Notes under the pieces: generated by a model | The model's input: the letters and a program-made list of their open reading frames with translations, nothing else | Databases searched by the model: none | Told to the model about the DNA's origin: nothing | Assembly: GCA_951812955.1 (NCBI GenBank) | Contig: OX638340.1 | Coordinates: 3,680,001-3,744,000 of the forward strand | DNA length: 64,000 bases | Source: an uncultured Gemmatimonadota bacterium | Lineage (GTDB): Bacteria; JAAXHH01 | Reading direction: 5' to 3' | Shown: positions 35,248 to 44,498 of the stretch, one piece after another | Numbering within the stretch: the first letter of the stretch is position 1 | Layout of the letters: every line of letters starts with the position of its first letter | Position numbers and translations under genes: made by a program

Positions 35248-36198
35248 ATGAAACCCCCTTCGGCCGATTCCCGTCCCATGCCGGTTCTCGTGGGTCCTAC
35301 AGGCGCTGGCAAGACCGCCGTGGGTATCGAACTGGCCCGGCGAAACGGCGCCGAGATCGTTTCGGCGGATTCCCGTCAGATCTACCGTTACATGGATATC
35401 GGTACGGCCAAGCCCACGGCGGAAGAACGGGCCAGGGTACGGCACCACCTGGTGGATATCGTGGATCCGGACGTCCGTTTCAGCGCAGGGGAGTATGGCC
35501 GCCGCGCCCGTGAAACGATCCATGAGCTTGCCGTCCGCGGCGTGCCGGTCCTCGTGGTCGGTGGCGCGGGACTGTACATAAAGGCGCTGATCGAAGGGTT
35601 CTTCGAAGCACCGGAGATCCCGCGTGAGTTCAGACGCCGTCTAGCGGAAGGATATCGGAAACGGTCCTCGGCAGCGCTGCATCAGCGGCTTAAGGAAATC
35701 GATCCTGCGTCCGCCGGGCGCATACATGAGAACGACCGGCAACGAATCGAAAGGGCGCTGGAAGTCCACGACGCGACAGGCGCGACCCTGACTTCCTGGT
35801 TCGCAGGGCAGGTTCAGCCGCGATTCCGCAAAACGCGTCTCATCGGGTTGCGGCGGGACCGCGCTGCCCTTTACGCGAGAATCGACGCCCGGGTAGAAAA
35901 AATGATCGAATCAGGCTTCGAAGCGGAGGTCCACGGCTTGATGGACCGGGGATATGGAGTTGGAACCCATGCCCTGGCGACGTACGGTTACGCGGAAATG
36001 CTGAGGTGCATCCTCGGCGAGCTGGATCCGGAAGATGCCGTTTCGACCATACAACAACGGTCGAGGCAGTACGCTAAACGCCAGCTGACCTGGTTCAGAC
36101 AAACCGAGGGTATCGATTGGATTACCGTGGACGACGGAGAAGATCCGGCCGACACCTGCGAGAAGATCATCCGGACGTTCCCGGATCTGCTACTTTAG
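35248..36198 (+). CDS. miaA: tRNA dimethylallyltransferase
   Basis: P-loop VGPTGAGKT, and SADSRQIYRYMDIGTAKP is the MiaA signature. Confidence 0.9.
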   Translation: MKPPSADSRPMPVLVGPTGAGKTAVGIELARRNGAEIVSADSRQIYRYMDIGTAKPTAEERARVRHHLVDIVDPDVRFSAGEYGRRARETIHELAVRGVPVLVVGGAGLYIKALIEGFFEAPEIPREFRRRLAEGYRKRSSAALHQRLKEIDPASAGRIHENDRQRIERALEVHDATGATLTSWFAGQVQPRFRKTRLIGLRRDRAALYARIDARVEKMIESGFEAEVHGLMDRGYGVGTHALATYGYAEMLRCILGELDPEDAVSTIQQRSRQYAKRQLTWFRQTEGIDWITVDDGEDPADTCEKIIRTFPDLLL

Positions 36199-38010
36199 GA
36201 ACAGCAGTTTCCGGGTCACTTCGGACCGCGTCCCGGCCTCTCCTGTCGTCATACGGCAGAAATAGACCCCGCTGGCTACCCTTCTTCCCTCGTCGTCTGT
36301 CCCATCCCAGGTCGTGATGAACGTGCCCTGCGAATGGACCCCGTCCACGAGCGTGCGGACCTTCCGGCCCCTCACATCGTACAGGGCAAGCCCGACGTCC
36401 CCCGACCGGTCGACTTCGTACCGGACGGTGGCGGGTCCGCCGCTCAGATAAAAGGGATTCGGAAACGTGGTGAGGGATGCGGCGATCGGACGGGAAGCGC
36501 CGGTAAGCCCGGGATCGAAGGTCGCAGAATAGGCGTATTCATATCCGGCGCCTGTGCGTTCGAGCGATGCCACCACGAGCATGACGGTCTCGTACCGCGT
36601 CCAGTCCGGCACCTCGATGGTGACGCTTCCCCTGGTCGCGGGAACCGTCATCACCGAGTCCGCCGCGCCGCTACCCTCCGCGCCGCTACCCGCCACCGAA
36701 ACCCCCCAGGCTCCGGTTATGCCCGTGAATTCGATACGCAGGCCGCCATGCAGGGAGGAATCGGGCACAAAGAGTATGTAGTTCGCGGCGAGGTGTTCCG
36801 GGTAATGACCAGCGGGGATCTGTGGTCCGTCGAACTGTAACCGGTCGGAAGCGCCCGGAAGTACAGGCTCGTGCAGGTCGCTCAGTTCGACCGGGGGATA
36901 GGAGGCGCCTTCCTCGTAGTAGCGTTCCGCGTCGGCCCGCATATCGGTGAAGACGTTCCATGTCGTGAATTCCTGGAAGGCGGATGCCAGGTCGCTGCCG
37001 ACGCTTCGCAGTCCCTCGTCGATGGCTTCCAACGCCCGGCTCGTCTCTGCCCGCTCCCAGATGATACGGATCAGGTCCCTGTCGAACCGCTGCTCCAGGA
37101 ACAGCGGCCAGAGCACACCCGCGTATTCGTGTTCCCCGTTCGAGGCATCCAGCGCAAGCCATGGTTCGGTCAGGAACCCGCTGAACGACGGCAGGTAGGT
37201 AAGGTAATCGTCGACCTCGTCATAGACCTGTTCTTCGATCCACACGGCGCTTTGTTCCAGCCAGAAAGCGGCTTCCCCTGCGTCGTAGCCGAACTGAACG
37301 GCGTGGAAATACTCGTGGGCGATCGTGATCCGCAGCAGATCGAGCGCCTTCTCCACCGACCTGCGGGATTCGACGAAATCGTTATCTACGACGATGTACG
37401 AAGGAAGCGCTGCCCCGGTCGTAATCGCTTCCGGGCGGGTATAACCACTGAACTGGCTTGGGAGATCGACAATATAGACGTCGTATAGCCCGTCTCCGCC
37501 ATCGTCCGAATCCATCTCCTCGTATAGATCGTGGTACTGATAGTCCGTCGGCGGTGGGCGGTAACCCAGTTCTTCCACGATTACGCGGCGGGACTCTTCC
37601 AGGAACATCCCGCACTGCCGGACATATTCGGGAACCGTGCCGGTGTCCGCGTCTTCCAGTTCAGGCCAGCCTGCGCCGGGCCGGTCTTCCGTCGTGGTGA
37701 CGTACCAGATTTTGAAATGTCCGCCGGGGCTGACATGGTATTCAGGCTCGACCGTGTAGGAATGGCCCAGGTCGCCCGTGCGATTCCCTTCGCCGGGCAC
37801 GGTGGGCCGGCCCACTGTAACCTGGTCCGGACGGTGGGGCCTGGCGGCAATCCCGTCCGGCTGAGAATGGGCGAATGGATGGGCGTGCAAAGTTCCGCAC
37901 CGCTGCGTAGGGGGAGCCTGGGCATAAACGGCGCAGTGGGTGACCGTTCCAGCGACAAAGGTCAGGAATAATCGCTTTAAGAACGGAAGGGATGGAAAAC
38001 TACAATCCAT
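36190..38010 (-). CDS. Secreted HExxH zinc metallopeptidase with T9SS C-terminal sorting domain
   Basis: HEYFHAVQF...E is a zincin motif. The C-terminus (TFPNPFYLSGGPATVRYEV...GLALYDVRGRKVRTLVDG...GVYFCRM) is typical of the type IX secretion CTD. A signal peptide is present at the chosen start MDCSF. Confidence 0.75.
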   Translation of the reverse strand: MDCSFPSLPFLKRLFLTFVAGTVTHCAVYAQAPPTQRCGTLHAHPFAHSQPDGIAARPHRPDQVTVGRPTVPGEGNRTGDLGHSYTVEPEYHVSPGGHFKIWYVTTTEDRPGAGWPELEDADTGTVPEYVRQCGMFLEESRRVIVEELGYRPPPTDYQYHDLYEEMDSDDGGDGLYDVYIVDLPSQFSGYTRPEAITTGAALPSYIVVDNDFVESRRSVEKALDLLRITIAHEYFHAVQFGYDAGEAAFWLEQSAVWIEEQVYDEVDDYLTYLPSFSGFLTEPWLALDASNGEHEYAGVLWPLFLEQRFDRDLIRIIWERAETSRALEAIDEGLRSVGSDLASAFQEFTTWNVFTDMRADAERYYEEGASYPPVELSDLHEPVLPGASDRLQFDGPQIPAGHYPEHLAANYILFVPDSSLHGGLRIEFTGITGAWGVSVAGSGAEGSGAADSVMTVPATRGSVTIEVPDWTRYETVMLVVASLERTGAGYEYAYSATFDPGLTGASRPIAASLTTFPNPFYLSGGPATVRYEVDRSGDVGLALYDVRGRKVRTLVDGVHSQGTFITTWDGTDDEGRRVASGVYFCRMTTGEAGTRSEVTRKLLFLK

Positions 38011-38123
38011 GTCGTTCGGCCGGGCTCCATGGACCACCAACCATCAGCCGTTCGGACTGATACACCGAATCGAATGCACTGAGCATAGCGATCATGCGTG
38101 GAGGAATCGTATCGTCCTGGTAA

Positions 38124-38930
38124 TCAGCTTCCTGTTGTCTCTTCGCGCTGGTGTTTAGGCGGAATGGGGAAGCGCTCCGCGTAGTGGGACAGATCCTTGC
38201 CCGAGATCAGGTCTTCCAGGATATCTTCGTTCTTGTCCCAATGCTGATCGTTCGGGTGGACGTCCAGCGCAATGCGCCCCTCAGTGTCGATCAAATAGGT
38301 GACGGGAATCCCGTAGCGTTGGTTGGTCTTGGCCCGAAACTGGCGTTCCCAGTAGCCGCGGAAGTCGAAAAGGGAGGTTGCGCTGTTCATATAATACGCG
38401 ATGACCTTTTCGTTCCGCGCTGCGATCCCGGCCATCTTGTCCGGATCGTTTTTCTCCGATTCGTCGGAAGGACGAACCAGTCTGGCCGCTTGTAGACCTT
38501 GCTTGAACAGATCCAGTCCGGGACCGAAGCCTTCCTCGAACTCACTGGGATCGAGGGGTTTCTCGTCCTTGTAGAATTTGTTTACGCCGACGAACAGAAA
38601 GTCGATTTGACCTTCGTACTTCTTCGCGATGTCCATCAGGGGTTCCGCATCCCTGATGCAGGGCGGGCACCACCAGGCCCAGAAGTTCACGAACAGGGGC
38701 CGGCCCCGGAAGTCCTCCAGGGTCACCTTCGTTCCATCCAGGGCGTACACTTCGAAGTTTGGCGCCATATGGCCGATCTCGGTGCCGATCGCGACGGCCT
38801 CGCTTTCGTTTCCGCCAATCGGTTCGCTTTCGTTTTCACCGGGTGTCCCGCTGCACGCGAATCCGAGTGTTCCGGCAAGCAGGCCCGGCATCAGTAGCGT
38901 CCGTACCGTTTCTTTCCACAAGCGCCGCAT
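38124..38930 (-). CDS. TlpA-family thiol:disulfide oxidoreductase lipoprotein (thioredoxin fold)
   Basis: Lipobox LGFACSG. WAWWCPPC redox motif. There is a long insertion relative to the minimal TlpA fold. Confidence 0.75.
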   Translation of the reverse strand: MRRLWKETVRTLLMPGLLAGTLGFACSGTPGENESEPIGGNESEAVAIGTEIGHMAPNFEVYALDGTKVTLEDFRGRPLFVNFWAWWCPPCIRDAEPLMDIAKKYEGQIDFLFVGVNKFYKDEKPLDPSEFEEGFGPGLDLFKQGLQAARLVRPSDESEKNDPDKMAGIAARNEKVIAYYMNSATSLFDFRGYWERQFRAKTNQRYGIPVTYLIDTEGRIALDVHPNDQHWDKNEDILEDLISGKDLSHYAERFPIPPKHQREETTGS

Positions 38931-39050
38931 ACGTTACCTCGCAATGGGGTTTTTAATCAGAAGGCGGTAAAGCCGGAATGTAGATGAATCACGGTTAACT
39001 TCGGTAAGTTTACCGGAATTGTCAACAACTATTTTGAAGGCTACGGTCGG

Positions 39051-39683
39051 TCACAGGCCGCCAAGTTCAGTTTCGAATGCGCCAACCGCCACGAGTATAT
39101 CCGGCTGGGACAGCACGGCCGAGATCGCCGCGACGCCGTGCGCGCCCGCTTCAAGGCACTGTTTCGTGCGCCCGGGGGTCACGCCGCCCAGGGCAAATAC
39201 GGGGATCGTCACCGCGCGGACCGATTCCGATAGCGCCTGCAGTCCCCGGGGCGGACCATAGGCTGCCTTGGACGACGTATCGTAAACCGGGCCGAAGGTG
39301 ATGAAGTCGGCCCCTTCCGCTTCCGCCGCCCGCGCTGCTTTCAAACTGTGCGTCGAGCGGCCGATCAGCGTACCCGCCGGCAGACGGTCGCGCGCCGTCC
39401 GCGCCAGGCGGACCGGCATACTCCGTTCAGGCAGGTGAATACCCTGTGCCCCGCAGGCCACGGCGACCTCCGGATTGCCATTGATGAACAGTGCGGGCCG
39501 AAGCGTGTCGAGTTCGCGCTGAACCCTCCGGATCAACGCAAGGAGTTCGGGGGTTTCGAGGTCCTTCTCCCTGATCTGGACCGCGCGGACGCCGGCGCGG
39601 CAGGCCTGGCGCAACGCCAGGGCAAGGGGCCGTCCGGCACACCGGGTTCGGTCGCTGATCAGATAGAACCTGAAGTCTACCAT
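39051..39683 (-). CDS. thiE: Thiamine-phosphate synthase
   Basis: ThiE family pattern (FRFYLISDR...VQIREKD...IGRSTHS...GADFITFGPV), last gene of the thi operon. Confidence 0.85.
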   Translation of the reverse strand: MVDFRFYLISDRTRCAGRPLALALRQACRAGVRAVQIREKDLETPELLALIRRVQRELDTLRPALFINGNPEVAVACGAQGIHLPERSMPVRLARTARDRLPAGTLIGRSTHSLKAARAAEAEGADFITFGPVYDTSSKAAYGPPRGLQALSESVRAVTIPVFALGGVTPGRTKQCLEAGAHGVAAISAVLSQPDILVAVGAFETELGGL

Positions 39684-39688
39684 GCAGC

Positions 39689-40477
39689 CTACTTCGAGGA
39701 CGAATGGATCACGCCGCTTAGTGGACTGGACGCGGACGCATAGGCCTTCATGGGTATCCTGCCCGCTTCGTAGGCAAGGCGTCCGGCTTCAACCGCCTTG
39801 CGCATGGCGACGGCCATTTTCACCGGATCCCGTGCACCGGCCACGCCGGTATTCATCAGTATGCCGTCGCAGCCCAGCTCCATGGCGACGGATGCGTCGG
39901 AAGCGGTGCCGACGCCTGCGTCGACGATAACGGGTACCTGGCTGTTCTCGACGATGATGGCGATGTTGTGCGGGTTGCGTATGCCCAGGCCGGATCCGAT
40001 CGGCGCGGCCAGGGGCATGACCGCGACACAGCCCGCTTCTTCGAGCTTCTTGCAGATGATGGGATCGTCAATCGTATAGGGCATGACGTTGAATCCCCGA
40101 TCCACCAGGATGCGGGCGGCTTCCAGGGTGGCTTCGTTATCCGGGAACAGGGTCTTTTCATCCCCGATGACTTCGAGCTTTACCGTATCCGCGCCCAGTG
40201 CCTCCCGCGCCAGTTCGCAGGTCAGTACGGCGTCCTCGGCCGTATAGCATCCGGCCGTGTTGGGCAGCAGCTCGTACCGGTCCCGGTCGATATAATCGAG
40301 CAGCGACTCTCCCGAGGGATCATTCAGGTCGATTCGGCGAATGGCCACCGTAACCATGTCCGTACCGCTGACTTCGAAAGAATCCCGCATCAGTTCGAAA
40401 TTCGCGTATTTCCCCGTCCCGAGAATCAATCGGGATTTCAACTCCAATTCGCCTATTTTAAGGGCGCCCATGTTCAT
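39689..40477 (-). CDS. thiG: Thiazole synthase
   Basis: [19 protein letters not shown]...[15 protein letters not shown]...[13 protein letters not shown] are ThiG hallmarks. Start was chosen at the internal MNMGALKI after the thiS stop. Confidence 0.9.
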   Translation of the reverse strand: MNMGALKIGELELKSRLILGTGKYANFELMRDSFEVSGTDMVTVAIRRIDLNDPSGESLLDYIDRDRYELLPNTAGCYTAEDAVLTCELAREALGADTVKLEVIGDEKTLFPDNEATLEAARILVDRGFNVMPYTIDDPIICKKLEEAGCVAVMPLAAPIGSGLGIRNPHNIAIIVENSQVPVIVDAGVGTASDASVAMELGCDGILMNTGVAGARDPVKMAVAMRKAVEAGRLAYEAGRIPMKAYASASSPLSGVIHSSSK

Positions 40478-40583
40478 CTGCTCCTTTGCCTGTACAGACC
40501 TGGCCCGCAAGTCGTATTCTGGTTTAGTGCTGCGTGCTGGATCTTCCGCAGCGGCGGTGCTGCGCACGGGATGGTTGCAGCCG

Positions 40584-40784
40584 TTAACCGCCCGCAACCG
40601 CTCGAATCACTTCGACCACGTCATCGTCGGATAGCATTGCCGTCCCGTGATCCTTCCTCGGGACGACCGCTCCGTTCAGGGCCACTGCGGTCCCTTCGGA
40701 AGGCACGCCAAGCTCTTTCAGCAGGTCGGCGATGCTCGTGTCGCGGGGCAGATCCCGGGTTGTCCCGTTAACTGTCATGTTCAT
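40584..40784 (-). CDS. thiS: Sulfur carrier protein ThiS
   Basis: 66 aa ending in the GG C-terminus (VIRAVAGG), between thiO and thiG. Confidence 0.8.
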   Translation of the reverse strand: MNMTVNGTTRDLPRDTSIADLLKELGVPSEGTAVALNGAVVPRKDHGTAMLSDDDVVEVIRAVAGG

Positions 40785-41922
40785 CGTTCGTCTCTCCGGT
40801 TCGAGCGGCGTAGAACCGATCGGGCAGAAAGGGCCGCATGATAGGGGGAACCCGATCGTGCAGGATTGCCTCGGCGATCAGGTCTCCTGTGAGCGGTGCA
40901 AGCAATATGCCGTTACGGCCGTGCCCGGATGCCGCGTATAGGCCGGGCGTACCCATGGCGCCAAGCACGGGCCATCCGTCCCGCGCCACCGGCCGCAGTC
41001 CCGACCAGGTGGAATCCAGCGGCCAGGATTTCAGACCGGGCGCAAGTTCGAGCGCGCTACGGAACAACTGCATGACTCCACCCAAAGTGACTTCGTCTCG
41101 AAACCCGGCTTCCTCCACGGTAGCGCCGATGATCAGCCGTCCGTCCGAACGGGGAACCAGGTATGCGCCGCCGGTGTATATCGTGTGCTTGAATGGTGTC
41201 GCCGCGCCCGTCCGCAGTGCGAGTATCTGGCCGCGCACCGGCCTAATGGGGATTCGGTGTGCGGCCGGGATGCCTTCCAGGTAGCGGGCCCGGCAGCCCA
41301 TGGCGTTTACTACCGTTGGCGTGTTCCACAGGCCGTCCGTTGTATCGACCCCGGCGACGCGATTTCCGTCCAGTACGATTTTCCGTGCGGTGACGCCTTC
41401 ACGGATTACGCCGCCGTTTAGACGAACGGATTGCGCCAGGGCCGCAACGACGTCCCTGTTTTCTACCTGGTGATCGTCCGGGTAGCGTAGCGCCATGCGG
41501 ATGCGGTTGGAAAGATCCGGCTCGAGTCGCCTCGCCTCCCGGACGGTCAGTTTCTCAACGGATACGCCATTCCGCAGGTGCCGTTCATACCGGGTCTCGA
41601 GCCGTGCCTGTTCACCGCCGCTCAACGCCGGATAGATCATCCCCGTGGCGTTGTAGTCTATCGGGCGGCCGGTCTCTTCCCGGAGGGATTCGACGAAACC
41701 GGCATAGCGCTCCAGTCCGGCCCTGCAAAGGATGAAATAAGGATCGGGCTCATCGAATTCGCAGTGCGGCGCCAGCATGCCCGCGGCGGCCCACGACGCG
41801 CCACGGCCGGTTCGGTGCTGCTCGAGTACCGTGACAGCGCTTCCGGATTGACACAGCTGTCTCGCTATGGCCAGACCGATGATCCCGCCGCCGATGACCA
41901 CTATGTCCGATCGTTGCGCCAC
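40768..41922 (-). CDS. thiO: Glycine oxidase (FAD-dependent)
   Basis: DIVVIGGGIIGLAIA dinucleotide-binding motif and DAO-family length. First gene of the thiOSGE operon. Confidence 0.85.
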   Translation of the reverse strand: MAQRSDIVVIGGGIIGLAIARQLCQSGSAVTVLEQHRTGRGASWAAAGMLAPHCEFDEPDPYFILCRAGLERYAGFVESLREETGRPIDYNATGMIYPALSGGEQARLETRYERHLRNGVSVEKLTVREARRLEPDLSNRIRMALRYPDDHQVENRDVVAALAQSVRLNGGVIREGVTARKIVLDGNRVAGVDTTDGLWNTPTVVNAMGCRARYLEGIPAAHRIPIRPVRGQILALRTGAATPFKHTIYTGGAYLVPRSDGRLIIGATVEEAGFRDEVTLGGVMQLFRSALELAPGLKSWPLDSTWSGLRPVARDGWPVLGAMGTPGLYAASGHGRNGILLAPLTGDLIAEAILHDRVPPIMRPFLPDRFYAARTGETNDEHDS

Positions 41923-41944
41923 GGAACCTCGCCACTACGTCACC

Positions 41945-42062
41945 GGAAAACAAAAAGCCGTTTCGATCGGAAACGGCTTTGTCCGGCCGTTTCCCTACGC
42001 TGGTATAACCCAGGTCAGGTTCAAAGGGTCGTGATTCTCAGGCCCGCGAGGAGCCGCCCCTA
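41945..42062 (-). promoter_or_regulatory. TPP (THI-box) riboswitch with intrinsic terminator expression platform
   Basis: The minus-strand RNA reads GGGGCGGCUCCUCGCGGGCCUGAGAAUCACGACCCUUUGAACCUGACCUGGGUUAUACCAGCGUAGGGAAACGG. It carries the invariant CUGAGA, ACCCUUUGAACCUGA and CCAGCGUAGGGAA boxes. It is followed by the hairpin AAAGCCGUUUCCGAUCGAAACGGCUUUUUGUUUU, ~20 nt before the thiO start. Confidence 0.9.
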
Positions 42063-42148
42063 ACGGTAATATGGCAGTTTAAGAAAAGCGGATAGAGGTG
42101 TCAACGAATTCTTCCCGGTATGGATGCCCGGTGAGGTGGCCCGGCGGA

Positions 42149-44338
42149 TCAGACCATGCCGAAATACCGCCGAAACAGCCACTCGCCCGTGAGCAGGCAG
42201 ACCAGTACAGCCAACACGGCGGGATGGTTCCAGAACGAGACGGTGCGCGTCTCCCGAACGGTGACCTCGTCCATGCTGATGTCGTCGGCCAGGCGATCGA
42301 TTTCCGATGGGAGGTAGAATCCCCCGTCCGTCATATCGGCCAATTGGACGAGGAGTTTCCGGTTCATGCGCGTTCTCTCAAACTCGGCGCCGGCCTCGCC
42401 CACGACGAATCCACCGGCGTCCGTCCCGAGCGGGATGCCATTCAGCGCGGCGGTAGCTTCAAACGAATATGCGCCCGCGGGCAAAAACTGAAGGCGTCCC
42501 GCGTATCGACCGAGGCCCTGTCCAGTCGAAGAGAGGTCTAACCGGAACGCGCCTGCTTCGTCCTGCTCGGACCGAACCGTCACCGACAGATCGGCACGTT
42601 CGACCGGCCGGTACTGCTCGTCGTATACCTGACCGTCGAATCGAATCGATTCTCCGTCCACGTACTGCAGTTTATCCGATGCGACACGAATCCTGCGACT
42701 GCTCTCCCGCACGGTGACCCATCTGACGGCATTGTTCCAGAACCTCTCGTACGCCGCGTTGGTTCCGCCGCTACCCCACATCATAAGGTCCCATCGCCAC
42801 AGGCCATGGGCGGCCACGCCGAGCACGCTGCCCTGGCCGTAGCGATGCACGGCGATGACCGGTGCAAGCTCATTTCCGGTTCGCCATGTAGGATGTCTGG
42901 CGAGTACAGTCGCGCCAGGTTTTGCGCGCCCGACCTGGTTCATGCCGGGCAGGGGAGGCAATTCCATCCAGCGCCGTTCCGATTCGGCCGGGTCATCATC
43001 CAGGCGGGTGATCGGATGCGTGCCGCCGTCAGCCGTCAGTACCGGAACAAAAGACGCTTCCGTCATCCCTCTTGCCGCCGCGGCGATCCCGAATGGCATC
43101 AGATTACCGAGGGGCGTTCCGGCGTAACCGCCCATTTCAAAGCTGTTTGGGCCGCCGAACGCAATCAATCCGCCGCCCCTCTCCTCGACAAAGGACACAA
43201 GGTAAGGCGCCCATGGCCGGATGCGGTCATAGTCCACGCTGCCCAGCATTACGAGGTCATAGGAAAACCAATCCATACGTGAAGCGGGCATGGGTTCGGG
43301 ATAGGTCCGGCCGTCGGGCCGGAACAGGATACTCGTTACTTCCAGGTTGGCGTCTTTTTCCAGCGTTCGTCGCAGGAAACCCATGTCGGCGCGCGGGGCT
43401 CCCTCGATATACAGAACGCGTAAACCGGACTTCAACGCCTTGACCGTGAAGTCGCGTCGGTTGTTTCGTGCGGTGATCTCGCCCTCGAGTTCGGGAACTT
43501 CCACCTCGTACCGATGGATGCCCTCGGTCTCGGGAACGATATGGAAAACAACCGTCCGTTCCACTTCCTGACCATCCAGGGCGATTTCCTCACTCCGCAG
43601 GATACGGCCCTCTTCCCGCAAGGTGACGGGTACGCGCATACTGCCGTATCCACGTCCGCGCACGACGACTTCGACCGGGACGTTGCTTCCGGTGTATACC
43701 ACTTCATTGAACGTCAAATGGGAGATGCTGATATCCCGGACGCCTAACGTGTCGCCGATTCCCACCGTAAACAGGGGCAGATCGAGTGCCTCTGCGACCC
43801 GGAGCGGATCGCGTCCGACGGTGAAATTGCCATCGGTAACCAGGATGGCGGCGCCGAAACTGCCGGCGCCGAAACCGCCTTCAAGAGAGGACAGGGCGCC
43901 GCCGATGTCGGTGCCGGCGCCGTCGGTAGACAGGGAATCAATATCGCCCTCGGGCAAGGGCGACAGGTCCTCGGCAAACCGGTAACGATGGACGCGGTGA
44001 CGGGCTTCCAGGGTCTTCAACGCATCACCGGAAAGTACCGAGGAAAGCACTTCGTTTCGCGCTCCCAGGCGGTCCGTCAGTCCCATGCTCGCCGAGGTGT
44101 CGACGAGCACTGCCAGTCCGGGAGATTCGGTCCGTTCCACCAGCATGCGCGAAACGGGTTCGCTGAGAATCGCCAGAAGCACGGCGGCGGCCGCGATCCG
44201 TAGACCGACAAGCCCCCAGGCCGCGGCGGGCGACAAAAGGGTGAAGAGCCGCCGGGAAAGCCCGTAAATAAGGATACAGGCAAGGATGAAAGCGATGAGG
44301 ATCCAGGTGAGGGAATCCGCTTGGAAATCCAGGGGCAT
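42149..44338 (-). CDS. Membrane protein with N-terminal double-TM domain, VWA domain and C-terminal TM anchor (BatA-like)
   Basis: Two N-terminal TM helices. VWA-type MIDAS region (LVDTSASMG...ILVTDG). A GATase1-like/DUF4159-like middle region. A C-terminal TM helix. Confidence 0.6.
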   Translation of the reverse strand: MPLDFQADSLTWILIAFILACILIYGLSRRLFTLLSPAAAWGLVGLRIAAAAVLLAILSEPVSRMLVERTESPGLAVLVDTSASMGLTDRLGARNEVLSSVLSGDALKTLEARHRVHRYRFAEDLSPLPEGDIDSLSTDGAGTDIGGALSSLEGGFGAGSFGAAILVTDGNFTVGRDPLRVAEALDLPLFTVGIGDTLGVRDISISHLTFNEVVYTGSNVPVEVVVRGRGYGSMRVPVTLREEGRILRSEEIALDGQEVERTVVFHIVPETEGIHRYEVEVPELEGEITARNNRRDFTVKALKSGLRVLYIEGAPRADMGFLRRTLEKDANLEVTSILFRPDGRTYPEPMPASRMDWFSYDLVMLGSVDYDRIRPWAPYLVSFVEERGGGLIAFGGPNSFEMGGYAGTPLGNLMPFGIAAAARGMTEASFVPVLTADGGTHPITRLDDDPAESERRWMELPPLPGMNQVGRAKPGATVLARHPTWRTGNELAPVIAVHRYGQGSVLGVAAHGLWRWDLMMWGSGGTNAAYERFWNNAVRWVTVRESSRRIRVASDKLQYVDGESIRFDGQVYDEQYRPVERADLSVTVRSEQDEAGAFRLDLSSTGQGLGRYAGRLQFLPAGAYSFEATAALNGIPLGTDAGGFVVGEAGAEFERTRMNRKLLVQLADMTDGGFYLPSEIDRLADDISMDEVTVRETRTVSFWNHPAVLAVLVCLLTGEWLFRRYFGMV

Positions 44339-44498
44339 TCAGGGGTTCCGGTTCCGGTCCGGCGTTTGCTATGAAACGGGTAGAATCAGTCGACATCCCC
44401 TTCTTATAGTTTTCTTGTCCACAATTCAAGCATTTAAAACGATAGCATCCACACAGTGGTACCGTGCGCATACGAATGGCAACGCCACCCAAGCGATA

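Noticed and set aside
34451-35312. 34451..35251 (+) 266-aa ORF in an alternative frame and 34554..35312 (-) ORF over the deacetylase gene
   Set aside because: Rejected as frame-shifted or antisense overlaps. The NodB-motif frame at 34455 is preferred.
36334-37971. Several + strand ORFs (36334..36840, 36871..37488, 37531..37971) opposite the T9SS protease gene
   Set aside because: Rejected as antisense shadows.
39968-40771. 267-aa + strand ORF opposite thiG/thiS
   Set aside because: Rejected as an antisense shadow of highly conserved thi genes.
42806-44203. Multiple + strand ORFs opposite the 729-aa VWA membrane protein gene
   Set aside because: Rejected as antisense shadows.
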